64,000 nucleotides of DNA from Phaeosaccion multiseriatum (lineage: Eukaryota; Protista; Ochrophyta, other classes). The DNA is taken from the NCBI GenBank assembly GCA_965112735.1, contig OZ218952.1:4960001-5024000 (forward strand), in the 5' to 3' direction. Position 1 is the first letter of the stretch. Every line of letters begins with the position of its first letter. Below the pieces are notes generated by a model. It saw only the letters and a list, made by a program, of their open reading frames with translations, was not told the DNA's origin and did not search any database. Of this stretch, positions 23,091 through 34,400 are shown in pieces. Both the position numbers and the translations under genes were made by a program.

Positions 23091-26000
23091 TGCCCAAGAG
23101 GGAGGCCGTAATGGAGGCCTCCCCGATGCTATCGATCTTGTACGCGCAGCGCCACACTCCCCCGTGCAGAGAGCCCACCGAGAAGAGCTCCAGAGGGTTG
23201 CGCAGCTTTCGGCTGGGGGAGGCCACTCCGGTCTCGCTGTTCACGTCGAACAGCAGCATGGCCCCCATCACAGCGTTGGACGTCTCTTGCTGGAACACCT
23301 TCAGGGAGGGGCGGCAAGAGGGATAGTGTAACCGTCGTATGTGTGTGCGTGTGTGGGGGGGGGGGTGGGGTGAATGGGTGTGTGAAGAGGTGTGTGGGGC
23401 GTGGTTAAGTGTATACAGTGTTCAGGTCGGTCAGGCTTGACGTGTCTTGGCCCGTCTAATCCACTGAAGCTCATTCTGAACCCACCTCCATGGGCTTGAA
23501 GTAGTGCATGCCTTCGTAGGCCATGGCGAAGAGCCGGTTGGACGTTACGCTTGCCGTGGCCGTGGACGGGGCGATGTTGGACGACACCTTCAGAGTGAAT
23601 CAATACATAGAGTGAATCAATACATAGAGTGAGACAATACATAGAGTGAGTCAATACACAGAGTGAGTCAGTACACAGAGTGAGTCAATACTCAGAGTGA
23701 GTCAATACATAGGGTGAGTCAATACATGGAGTGAGTCAATACATAGAGCGAATCAATACATAGAGTGAATCAATACACAGAGTGAGTCAATACATAGAGT
23801 GAGTTAATGCATAGAGTGAATCAATACACAGAGTGAGTCAATACATAGAGTGAGTCAATGCATAGAGTGATTCAATACAAAGAGTGAGTCCATGCATAGA
23901 GTGAATCAATACAAAGAGTGAATCAATGCGTAGAGTGATTCAATACAGTGATTCAATACACAGAGTGATTCAATGCATAGAGTGAGAAGAGTGAGTCAAT
24001 GCAAGGCGTGAGTCAATACATAGAGTGAGTCAATACAAGGAGTGAGTCAATACACGGAATGAGCCCATCGAGTGAGTCAAGCGAGCAGGGTGCCAGGGAG
24101 GAGCAATCGAGAAAGCTGCCCGCCTCTTCTCTCTCGTCCAGACAAAACATGTACACACACACCCACACACACGCGCGCGTTGACCGACCTTGCAGCCGGA
24201 CTTGGAGCGGGCAACCACAGCCCGCCAGTGCTGAATCCGCTTGGCCAGGCAGTAGTTGGGGCCCTGCTTATTGACCAGCCCGTCCACGAGGTAGAACTTA
24301 TCTCCGTTGCTCGCCGTGACGGGCGGGAGGGCGTTCTTCTTCAGGAAGCCCCCGAGGAAGAAGGGAGACAACTTCAGCGCAGTGTTCGTCAGGCTCAGGC
24401 TGGGGCAGGCCAAGGTAGCGGAGCAGTGCAGCACAGGGGGGTCAGGGGGGAAGGAGAGGGTCAAGCTCTGCGCTCATGTCCGTCCACGGGTGGTTTACTC
24501 AGGCCAGCACACCTCAGATCAACGCACGGTTACACACTGCTGGTCCTGCCCCCACATCCGCATGCTCATATGCCTGCTCATCTTGTCGCCCCCCTCCTCC
24601 GTGCTGTCCCTCACCTGCTGAAGTTACTCTGTGCAGCCTTGTTGGCCTCCTCAGGGATGACGTGGCAGTCCGTGGGCGTGCAGAGGTAGCAGGGCGTCAC
24701 GCTCTTGCCCCTCTTCTCTGTGAGCCCCTTGATGATGGCGTCCATCGCGAGGGACACACGCACATGGAGCTCTCCGTCCAGGTAGGCGTATGCGCCCACG
24801 GCGAGCGGCTTGCCGGGCTGAGGGTAAGGAAGGTGGAGCGGAGGCAGGGGGGATGAGAGAAGGTTGGTCGGTCGGTCCTTCCTTTATGACTTATGGGAAT
24901 CATCCTAAGAGTATGTAATTCATCACGGCGGTGGGGGAATTGAGTGAGTGACGGGAGAGTGGAGGGGCGAAAAGGGCACACGAGACGAGATGGGATAGAG
25001 AGAGAAAAGAGAAAGGGGCCCGCTCCTCAACCTCGACCGCCCTCCCTCCCTGTCCCTCCCTCTCAATCCTGCCCTCTCCCTCCCTTCCTCCCTCCCTCCC
25101 TCCCATCTACTGCCATCCCTCCCTCCCTCTCACTCTCTCACGTGCACGTCCTTGAGCCAATTGAAAATCTCCGGTGTCTGCGTGAGGAGGTTGCACCCCG
25201 CAGCAGCATACAGGTCGTCCCCCTCCCCGAGCGCTGCCTGCTCCTTGTCGCCCTTGATGGGGAAGGTCATGGAGCCACACGAGTCCCTGGCGAGGCCGAT
25301 GAGCCTCTTCCAGATGCCCGGGCGGTCGAGGTCGATGGCGATGATGTTGGCTCCCAGCTCCAGCAGCATGTGGAGGGGGCTGGGAGGGGAGGGAAGGGGA
25401 AGAGGAGGGGAAGAGGAGGGGAGGGGAGGGGAGGGAAGAGGAGGCGAGGCGGACGAGGGGAGTCATTCAAAGTGCCCGGACGGACTTGGGGGCGAGAGGT
25501 CGTTTCGCAGAACCCGGCTCGTGCCAGTCTTGACGGTCTGGGCAGTCTTGACGGCACCCCTGCTTTGTCCTACCCCTCTCTCTCTCCGCCCTTCCTCCCC
25601 CCACTCACTCACTCACTCACTCACCCCATGGCGCTGCCGGCTCCGAGTAGCACAAAGTACTTGTCGCTGAGGTCCCTCCACTCGGCCCTCTGCGCCACCT
25701 CAATGAGGGCCTCTCCCGCCGACGGCTCGATGGTCCCGTAGGACACCCACTCTCGGACCTGCGCCACGAGGGACTCCCCACTCAGCACGCCTCCCTTGTA
25801 AGGTATCTAAGGCAGGCACAGGGGGGAGCGAGAGAGCAGCACAGGAGAGGACGGGGGGGGGGGGGGACCCACAATATTATTCTCAGGTGCTTCCACCTCG
25901 TTTCGGGTCCGTTTCGGTCCTTCTCGTGCTGCTTACCTTGAGCTCCGTAGGCTGGGCTGGCCTTGGCTTGCTGCCCTTAATGACCCCCGTCTTGAAGCTG

Positions 26001-26338
26001 TCCTTAATGCTGGACATGGCATCGGCCAGCGACATGGTCTTTCCGTCGCGGATGAACTCAAAGTTGCTGTGCACCCAGGCCAGCCCCTCCTCGCTGGATC
26101 GCACGGCGCCCTGCTCACTCTCAAGCTGAGCGGCCACCATTCGGTTGATATGGCCCACATACTTCTGCCTCCACTTCTTCTCCCCCAAGATGACCCCACT
26201 CAGGCGGTCGTCCACGGCCTTGGCTGCGGCGGCGAAAGCCTCTTTGTTGGACCAGGTGGTGCTGCGGTCACCCTCCTTGGAGGAGTTCGGCACCAGGGGC
26301 CAGTTCAGCCCATCCAAGGGCCTCCTCTTGGTAGCCAT
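22649..26338 (-). CDS. uncharacterised conserved protein with Rossmann-like motif and C-terminal transmembrane helix, 8 exons
   Basis: Exons 26338-25937, 25806-25625, 25379-25142, 24817-24615, 24399-24189, 23587-23486, 23298-23089, 22759-22649 in frame. Contains FVLLGAGSAMGP..LLELGANIIAIDL (dinucleotide-binding beta-alpha-beta), QGPNYCLAKR (YxxxK), NIAPSTAT, HGGVWRCAY and a hydrophobic tail VIVLLVLAVVGGVAY. Confidence 0.8.
23592..24080. repeat. 17-bp minisatellite (AGAGTGAGTCAATACAT)n in an intron
   Basis: About 28 degenerate copies fill most of intron 23588-24188. Confidence 0.9.
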
Positions 26339-26406
26339 ATAGCGGCCTGTGGAGCTGACTGCTGCTGCTGTTGCTGCTGCTCCTACTGCTGTTGCTTCTG
26401 CTGCTG

Positions 26407-26437
<31 letters not shown>

Positions 26438-26915
26438 GAATTGAAAGCCACGAGCAAGCCGCCGGCAGTGTATCAGGAGCACGAGGAGTGACAAGCGGAA
26501 GGGTAAGGAGGAGACAGCGTGGGGATGATGAATGGGTCAGAACAGAGATAAAGAGGAAGGCAGGAAACCAACAACAACCGCAGCAGCAGCAGCAGCAGTA
26601 GCAGCAGCAGCTAGAGTGTGTGGATAGACAGGCACGGAGAACGAGAGAGTACAGTCAGTGCATAAAGGAGATTTTTTATTTCCTGTGGCCGCAGATGCTG
26701 CAGACGCGGCATACATCGTACTCAAGACAAAGGGAATTCCGCTCTTACGCCATTCACCGTACCTGTCGGTCCTTTCCCCGCCTCTTCACCCAAAATGATG
26801 ACAATGATCCCGATGCAGGATTTTCCGCGAGTCACGGCTCAAGTAGTAAGGCAAGGGATTTGAAGGCATATAGGCCGGCGACTAACGGCATCGACTCCCT
26901 ATTTCCTAAAGGACG

Positions 26916-29333
26916 ATGATGCCCACCTCAGGATCCAGAGCCTGCCATTGGGTGTTGAAGATCGGCAACCTCAAGACCGCTCTCTCCTTCTATGAGGCGG
27001 TGTTTGGCCTCAAGGTGCTGAGGCACGAAGAATTCTCAAGCGGATGTGAGGTGGGTACCTCTCTCTCTCCCTCTCTCTCTCTCTCTTTCTCCCCCCCCCA
27101 ATGGTACTGGGTATGCCACCAACAAATAAACTGGTGGCCGCGCTCTTTGGGAAGCAGTAAACCAAGGAGGCTGATAGTGAGCCATGTCCAGCAACTCCAT
27201 GCAGATCTTTCTTGCGCTCGAAGTGAGGTTGGCATAGTGGGCTTCTTCTAGACTATCTGTGCTCCCCGTGTTGAAAAACCCTGCTCTGTCACTCCTTCAG
27301 GCCACCTGCAACGGGCCCTACAACGGCGCGTGGAGCAAGACAATGGTCGGGTACGGGCCGGAGAGGACCAACTTCGCGCTGGAGCTGACGTACAACTATG
27401 GCATTGACAGCTACGAGTCCGGCAATGACTTGCAGTACATCGCCTTCCAGGGGGACGTCAGCGACATTAAGGCCAAGTCCGAGGCTACAGGTACAGCGCA
27501 CCCCAAGGAGGAGGAACTGGAGGAGCAGGACCCGCCCACAACCGACCCACAGACAATCTCACGTGACCCCCTTTCTCTCAACCCCCCCTCCCCTTCACTC
27601 CCCGACAAAATAAGGCTACCCTGTCACCCAGCACGGGGCGTCCATTCTCATCAAGGGGCCGGACGGCTACAAGTACAGGGTCATACCCACGCTGGACGCG
27701 CACCGCGAGGAGAAGTTCCTCTGCGTGGGCGTGCGCGTGTCGAGCCTGAGCAAGGCGACAGCGTACTGGACCCGCCTGCTGGGCTTGGGCAAGTTCCCCG
27801 TGCCGCCTGCACTGACGCCTTCTGCGCTGGGGGAGGGGGACTACCCCTCTCTCCTCGTGGGCTTCGAGGACACACAGGTCAAGCTTCACCTCCTGCAGTG
27901 CCCCGCGGAGGGGGCGGAGGGGGCGGAGGCGCGGGCAGCTGCAGGGGAAGGGGAAGGGGAAGAGGAAGGAGCGCCAGTGGAAGAGGAAGGAGCGGCAGTG
28001 GAGCACAAGGACTCGGGGGGGCGAATCGCCTTCGCGTGCAAGAAAGTGCAGCCCATCTATGATAAGGTGCAAGCCAACGGACAGAAGGTGCTCAACCCGC
28101 CCCTGACGCTGCCCACACCTGGCAAGGCCGATGTGGTAGTCACCATCCTCGCCGACCCGGACGGGTACGAGATTTGCTTCGTGGAGGATGAGGTGAGTTC
28201 CATCTGAGTCATGGGGACATGGACAAGAGGCACCAAGAGGGACAGTGAGTCTGTGGTGCAGTCCGTCTAACCCCCTTTTGTGCTCTCGCCTCCTCTTATC
28301 TACAACAGGCCTTTTACGACCTGGCCACGCCCACCTACGATGTCGTCGACTTTGCGGAGCGGGCGAGTAGGGGAGGAGACGGAGCACCGCCCCCTAAGAG
28401 CGCCAAACTGCACCACGCGGGGGGGGAGACGGTGGCGGTGGAGACGGCAGAGGAGCTCGAGCCTGTCCTCGAGGCGGCAAGGGGCAGCGGACAGGTGGTG
28501 GTGCTGGACTTTGGGGCCGGCTGGTGCAAGAACTGCCAAAAGCTGAGCCCTGAGGTGGACAGATTGGCTGGAGAGCACCGGGGCCAGCTCAGGGTGGTGA
28601 CGGTGGACATTGACGAGGCCACAGAGCTGGCGGAGGATTATGAAGTGACCAAGCTGCCCTACTTCGTCTTCCTCAGCTCGGCAGGGGAAAAGGTGGACGA
28701 GTACCTGGGGTCAGATAAGGTGGGTTGGTGGGTGCGTGCGTGCATGCGTGGATGGATGGGTGCGGTGGGTGGGTGGACTGGGAGAGGAGAGGAGGAGTCG
28801 CTAAGGAAGGCCTTGCGCGCACCCCACGTACGCACCATCACGTGCCACCTCGGTCGGGGGTCGGGGATCGTATGTGTGTGCGCGCACAAGACTGCTCCCT
28901 CCCACTTGCGCTCTCTCTGCCTGCCTCTCTCTCGCGATCTCTCCCTCGCTCTCCTCGCTGCCTCTCCCTCCCCCTCTCTCTGCCTCTCCCTCTCTCGCTC
29001 TCCCTCCCTCCCTCCCTCTCTGTCTCGGCCTCTCTCTCTCTCGCTCTCTCTCTCTCGCTCTCCTCGCTGTCTCTCCCTCCCTCCCTCTCTGTCTCTGCCT
29101 GTCTCTCTCTCGCTCCCCCCCCCCCCCCCCTCTCTCTCCCTCTCTCTCTCTCTCTCGCTATCTCTCCCTCCCTCCCTCTCTCTCTCTCTCTCTCACTATC
29201 TCTCCCTCCCTCCCTCTCTCTCTCCTCCGTTCCAACCCCTCTAATCCCTAATCCCGCCTCCCCTCCTCGTTTTGCACGGCAGGCGGAGCTGAGCGCCAAG
29301 GTGGATGCCCTCGTCACAGCAGTCAAGGCGTAG
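26916..29333 (+). CDS. GLOD4: GLOD4-type glyoxalase-domain protein fused to C-terminal thioredoxin, 5 exons
   Basis: Exons 26916-27050, 27301-27490, 27615-28192, 28309-28719, 29283-29333. GLOD4 signatures [79 protein letters not shown], then in frame a Trx domain [23 protein letters not shown]. Confidence 0.9.
28905..29226. repeat. (CT/CCCT)n compound microsatellite in last GLOD4-Trx intron
   Basis: Direct reading. Confidence 0.85.
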
Positions 29334-29499
29334 CGGTTGGCAGTGCTTCTTCTGCCGTGATAGATGGCAGCGGACGGCACTACTGCTTACGACGCTCTGC
29401 TTCGGGCAGGAGCAGGAGCGTGGGGCATTGAGTCACCAAAAGCGCACGAGTTATATACATATACATATACTGTATTTATGTCCTCTACAGTTACACACG

Positions 29500-30741
29500 T
29501 CACGAGGCGACAGACCCCCTGTTCTGATGCGGGTCCACGTCCACCCCTTCTGTCTTGTCCTCCCCCTTCTCTGCCCCTCCTCCGCCCCCCCGCGCCTCGC
29601 CCATCGAGCCAGCTCTCCTCCCCTCCACCCCCCCCCCCTCCTCACCGCTGCCCGCAGCAGCAGTACCAGCACCAGTGCACGGCCCACAGCCGTACGCGTC
29701 AAGAAGCATTAGACACGCCCGCTCCACATCCTCTCTGGAAGCCCCGAACAGCTCAATCCAGGGCATTTCTCTTGAGCGTTCCTTCCGTTGTCTGTCCCCT
29801 CTCCCTCTCCCCCCCCTTGTTGCCCCCCCGCTCCGCCCCTCTTCCTTCTCTTCCTTCTGCTGCTGATGCCCTTCTCTACCGTCTCCTCTCCTCTCCCACT
29901 CTCGACGCCGTTTCTCGCCTCTGCTCCCCCCCCCACCTTCACTACTCCTCTCTTGTCTTGGCCCCCCTATGTCCTGCCCCCGCTCCCTCTTCCCAGAGCG
30001 GCCCACCTGCCCCCCGTTGGCCTCGCTTTGACCTCCGTTATGCTCCTGCCCCCTTCTTTCTAGCCCCTCTTGCTCCCTCCCGTCGCGCCCCTGCTGCTTC
30101 CTCCCGGCCTGCCCCTGCTTCTCGCTCCCCTCCTGCCTGTGCTCCTCCTGCTCCTGCTGCCCCAACAGGTCCTCCCCCTTCAGCCTCGCCCCCAGATACA
30201 GTGCGGCACAGGCGAGCACGTTGGTTTGCAGGGCCAGCGCTTTGGGCAAAAAGAGAAAATCGTTGAGGCACGCCCACGCCGCTTGCATGGTGGCTCTCGA
30301 GCAGCGGAGCGAACGGCCGTAGTTGAGCAGCAGACGGTACTGCGTCACGGGCGGCACGTTGAAGCTCAGCGTACGCAACATGACTTGCTCGAACTCCACC
30401 ACCTTCTCCTTCATGTCCCAATATGACTGATAGAGGGGAGAGAAGGAGAAGGGGTTTGTTAGCAAGGGGGAGAGGGGCGTTCGTCTACTCCCCGAAGAAG
30501 GGACGTCTGGGATACCCACAAGATGTCGTTTTTTTAACGCTCTTCAGACCTGCCCTACCGTACCAACCTGATTGAGCTCCGGAAGCTTCCCCGCGTCCTC
30601 TCTGCAGAGCATGGCCACGACGTTGATGGCATCTCTCAGTCTGCGCGGCGTCTCTAAGCACTTGCCCGCCATAAAGCAGCACGTCGTCAGCACCACTAGC
30701 CTGCGCGGTCGGTGAGCCGCCACGAGCTCGCCTAGTGGACA

Positions 30742-30781
<40 letters not shown>

Positions 30782-31252
30782 TGGAGTGATAGACAGAGAG
30801 AGAGGTACATGTGTACATAAAGAGGGGGGGAGAGAGGGGGGGAGAGCGAGAGAGGCACAGGGATGAGTGAGTGCGTTTCGGAGTGGTAGGTTGCGCAGTG
30901 AGGCCCGACAAGGTACGACAAGACCTTGCTGCCCCTGCAATCGCGCTCCCAGCCCCTCCCCTCCTTACTCAACAACAGCATCTTGGCCCGACTGACCATG
31001 CAGGAACCTCTGGAGGATGAGCACTGATGCCGCGGTGGTCTCTTGTGGGTATCTTAGGCGCAGCCCCGCCTGGAGAAGCAGCCCCACCCACTCCTTGCGA
31101 GTTGCCAGCCCCTCCCCGTCCTCGTGAGGGTCCGCCGCAGCCGAGCCTTCTACAGTAGACGGGAACAGGGGGCTCTTGAGTGCCTCCGCCTGGGACAGAC
31201 TCATGTCAAGTTGAGTTGCTCTGGGCTTGCTCTCATGTCCATCGGGTGCCAT
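29500..31252 (-). CDS. transcription-type cyclin, cyclin Q/FAM58-like, 3 exons
   Basis: Exons 31252-30997, 30731-30568, 30426-29500. Cyclin box: LLQAGLRLRYPQETTAASVLILQRF, TTCCFMAGKCLETPRRLRDAINV, YWDMKEKVVEFEQVMLRTLSFNV, AWACLND, LACAALYLG, PWIELFG. Confidence 0.8.
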
Positions 31253-31420
31253 CCATAGAAATAGAAATTCCGTGTGCACGCTGACACGAACGGCAAGTCA
31301 CGGCGCACGAGGCCGCAGGAGCAGCCCCCAGGAGTCGCAGCAGCGGCAGCAGCAGCAGTGTGACGCCGTGAGATACGTCAGACAGCTTTTTCCTCCCCCA
31401 AATAGAGCTGGAAAGCAGGA

Positions 31421-34400
31421 ATGATGGAGGAGAGCGCTTGGGGGCCCGAAGAGGAGGCGGAGGAGGACGAGGAGGGTGAGGGGCGACAGCCGGGGGAGGA
31501 GGTTGGTGAGAGGCTGGTCGTGTTGGCGGTGGAAGGTATGATGTGCCAGCATAACTGCGGGAGCACTTGTCAGCGAGCCTTGACGGCCGTGCCCTTGGTC
31601 ACGAGATCAGAGGTTTCGTTCCGGAGGAAGAGGGCGCGGGTCTGGGGGAAGGCGCAGCTCCGTGACCTTATTGACGCGATAGAGATGGTAGGCTTCGGGG
31701 CAGAGGAGGTAGAGAGTCCTCCGAGCGTCGTGCTGGAGGTGGAAGGTATGATGTGCCAGAATAACTGTGGGAGCACTTGTCAGCGAGCCTTGGCCGCTGT
31801 GCCTGGGGTTACGAGGGCGGAGGTTTCGTTTGCGAGGAAGAGAGCACGGGTGTGGGGGATGGTGAATCTGGTCGAGGTGATCGATGCGATAGAGACGGTG
31901 GGCTTTGGGGCAGAGGTGGTGGACAGTCCTCCGAGCGTCGTGCTGGAGGTGGAGGGCATGATGTGCCAGAACAACTGCGGGAGCACTTGTCAGCGAGCCT
32001 TGGCCGCTGTGCAAGGTGTGACGAGGGCGGAGGTTTCGTTTGCGAGGAAGAGAGCTCGAGTGTGGGGCCCAGCAGCCCTGGGGGATTTGATCGCAGCCAT
32101 CGAGGCGGTGGGCTTTGGGGCGGAAGAAGGGGCCGAGGAGGAGGAGGAGGAGGAAGCGCTCGATGAAGATGGCAGCGCACCGACCAGCAGCGGCGAAACG
32201 AGAGCTGCTGCAGCTGCCATTGCGTCCAGGAGGGCTGCAGCCGAAGCAGAGGCAGAAGCGGCAGCGGCAGCGGCGGCAGCGGCAACAGGCAGCGGCGTCT
32301 CCTCTGACTGCCTGGACCTGGAAGTGACCGGCATGAGCTGCGCAGCCTGCAGCGGGAAGGTGGAGTCCACCGTTAGGGCGCTGGCCGGCGTGCAGAGCGT
32401 GTCTGTGAGCATCTCCACCAACCGGGCCAAGGTGTGGGTTGACTCTTCCTCAGCAGGTGCCGTGGGGCCGCGAGACGTGTCCTCCGCCATTGAAGAGTTG
32501 GGGTACGGGTGCCGCCTGGTACCCAAGGGCACGGGGACCATGGAGGCTGCCCAGCGGAAGGAGCTGCACGAGTGGCAGCGGCTGGTGCAGCAGAGCTGGG
32601 GCTGCCTGCTGCCCATGCTCTTCCTTGAAGCCTGGGGCTGCAGCATTGGCAAAGGAGGGTTGTGCACTCCCCTGGCCTGTGGGGCAAGTGTCAATGGGGC
32701 TGTGCTGCTCCAGGCGGCCCTGTCCACTGTCGTGCAGTTCTCCGTGGGCATGCGCTTCTACAAGAAGGCGTGGCAGGCCGCCAAGCACCGTAACTTCGGC
32801 ATGGACCTGCTGGTGGTGGTGGGTACCTCCAACAGTTATGGCTACTCGATGCTCTCGCTGCTGCTGGGCTGCGCCCTCGGCGGGAGCTTCACCCCGCACC
32901 TCTTCTTCACAGCGAGCGCAATGCTAATCTCCTTCGTGACGCTGGGCAAGTGTCTCGAGGCAATGGCCAAGGCCAAGACGAGTCAGGCGCTGGTCACCCT
33001 TATGAAGCTGCAGCCCGTCACGGCCCTCTTGGTCAGGCCTGGCCAGCAGCAGGAGGGCCAGCCGGAGGGGGCCTTGGAAGGGGAGGACAACGAGATAGAT
33101 GTGTCTCTTGTGCAGGTCGGGGACATGCTAAGGGTGCTGCCCGGGGCCCGTATGCCTGCAGATGGGAGGGTCGTCCAGGTGCGTCTGTGCGTGCGTGTGT
33201 GCCGCAGCTCAGCGTGAAGCAATGTTCATTGAGGGGATTCACGTTATCTGATGATGTCTCAGCACGCTTCTTGCGGGTGTTGAGTTTGAGTGTGAGCTAC
33301 TGGGGCCTCCTCTTTGCAATGGCGTTACATTCCGTTTCGTCGATAGCGGCGCCTCCTCCTGCCCCTCGTCCTCTCCTCGACCTCTGCTCCCCTCCATCCT
33401 CCAAACCCTTCCACCCCTTCTCTCCCCCTCCCTCATCCCCTCTCGCTCCTCCCCACCATCCTCCTCCTCTCCTCCAAACAGGGCAGCACCTTCGTCGATG
33501 AGAGCATGGTCACGGGCGAATCCCTCCCCGTGGCGAGGGTTGTGGGCAACGACGTGTTCAGCGGCACCATCAACCAACACGGCATGGTGGTCTTGGAGGT
33601 GACGAAAGTCGGCGCGGATACCCTCATGAGTCAAATCGCTAAACTCGTGGAGGACGCACAGATGCAAAAGGCGCCCATCCAGCAGACCGCGGACACCGTG
33701 GCTGCCATGTTCACCCCCGCCATCCTCGGCCTCGCGCTGCTCACCTTCCTGAGTTGGTTCATCGCGGGTGAGAGCGGCCTGCTGCCCCGGGCGTGGCTGA
33801 GGGAGGAGTCCAACGACCCCTTCCTCTTTGCGCTGCTCTTTAGCATTTCTGTAACCGTGGTGGCGTGCCCCTGCGTGCTGGGCCTGGCCACTCCGACGGC
33901 CATAATGGTGGGAACGGGGGTGGGGGCCTCCAACGGAGTGCTTATCAAGGGAGGGGCGGTGCTGGAGACGGCCCACGCGGTGGGGGCGGTGGTGTTCGAC
34001 AAAACCGGCACCCTCACAACTGGCAAGCCGGTGCTCACAGACGAAGTCGTACTGGCAGATACCATCATCATCTCCCCCGAGACTGGGGAGTCCCCCGGGG
34101 CCCGGAGGAAGCTGCGCCCTAGAGAGATGTTGCAGCTTGCCGCGGCGTGCGAGGTGGGCAGTGAGCACCCGGTGGGCAAGACCATCCTAAGGGCGTGTCA
34201 AAACGCTGGGCTGGCCGTGGATCCTGTGGACGACTTCTACTCAGAGGCCGGGCAGGGAGTGGGCTGCATCCACCCAAGCTTGGGTAGCGTAGTGGTGGGC
34301 AACCGGCGCTGGATGGTACATCACGGCCTGCAAGTGCATAGTGCTGCTCACGAGGCCCTCGCCTGCTTGGAGCGCCAGGGGAAGACGGCGGTGCTGGTGG

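Noticed and set aside
23592-24080. Regular repeat array resembling a CRISPR
   Set aside because: Units are contiguous with no unique spacers, it lies in a spliceosomal intron, and no cas genes are present.
30965-30970. GTAAGG donor at 30968 for cyclin exon 1
   Set aside because: It is out of phase with the next cyclin-box exon; the GTCAGT donor at 30996 gives the correct frame.
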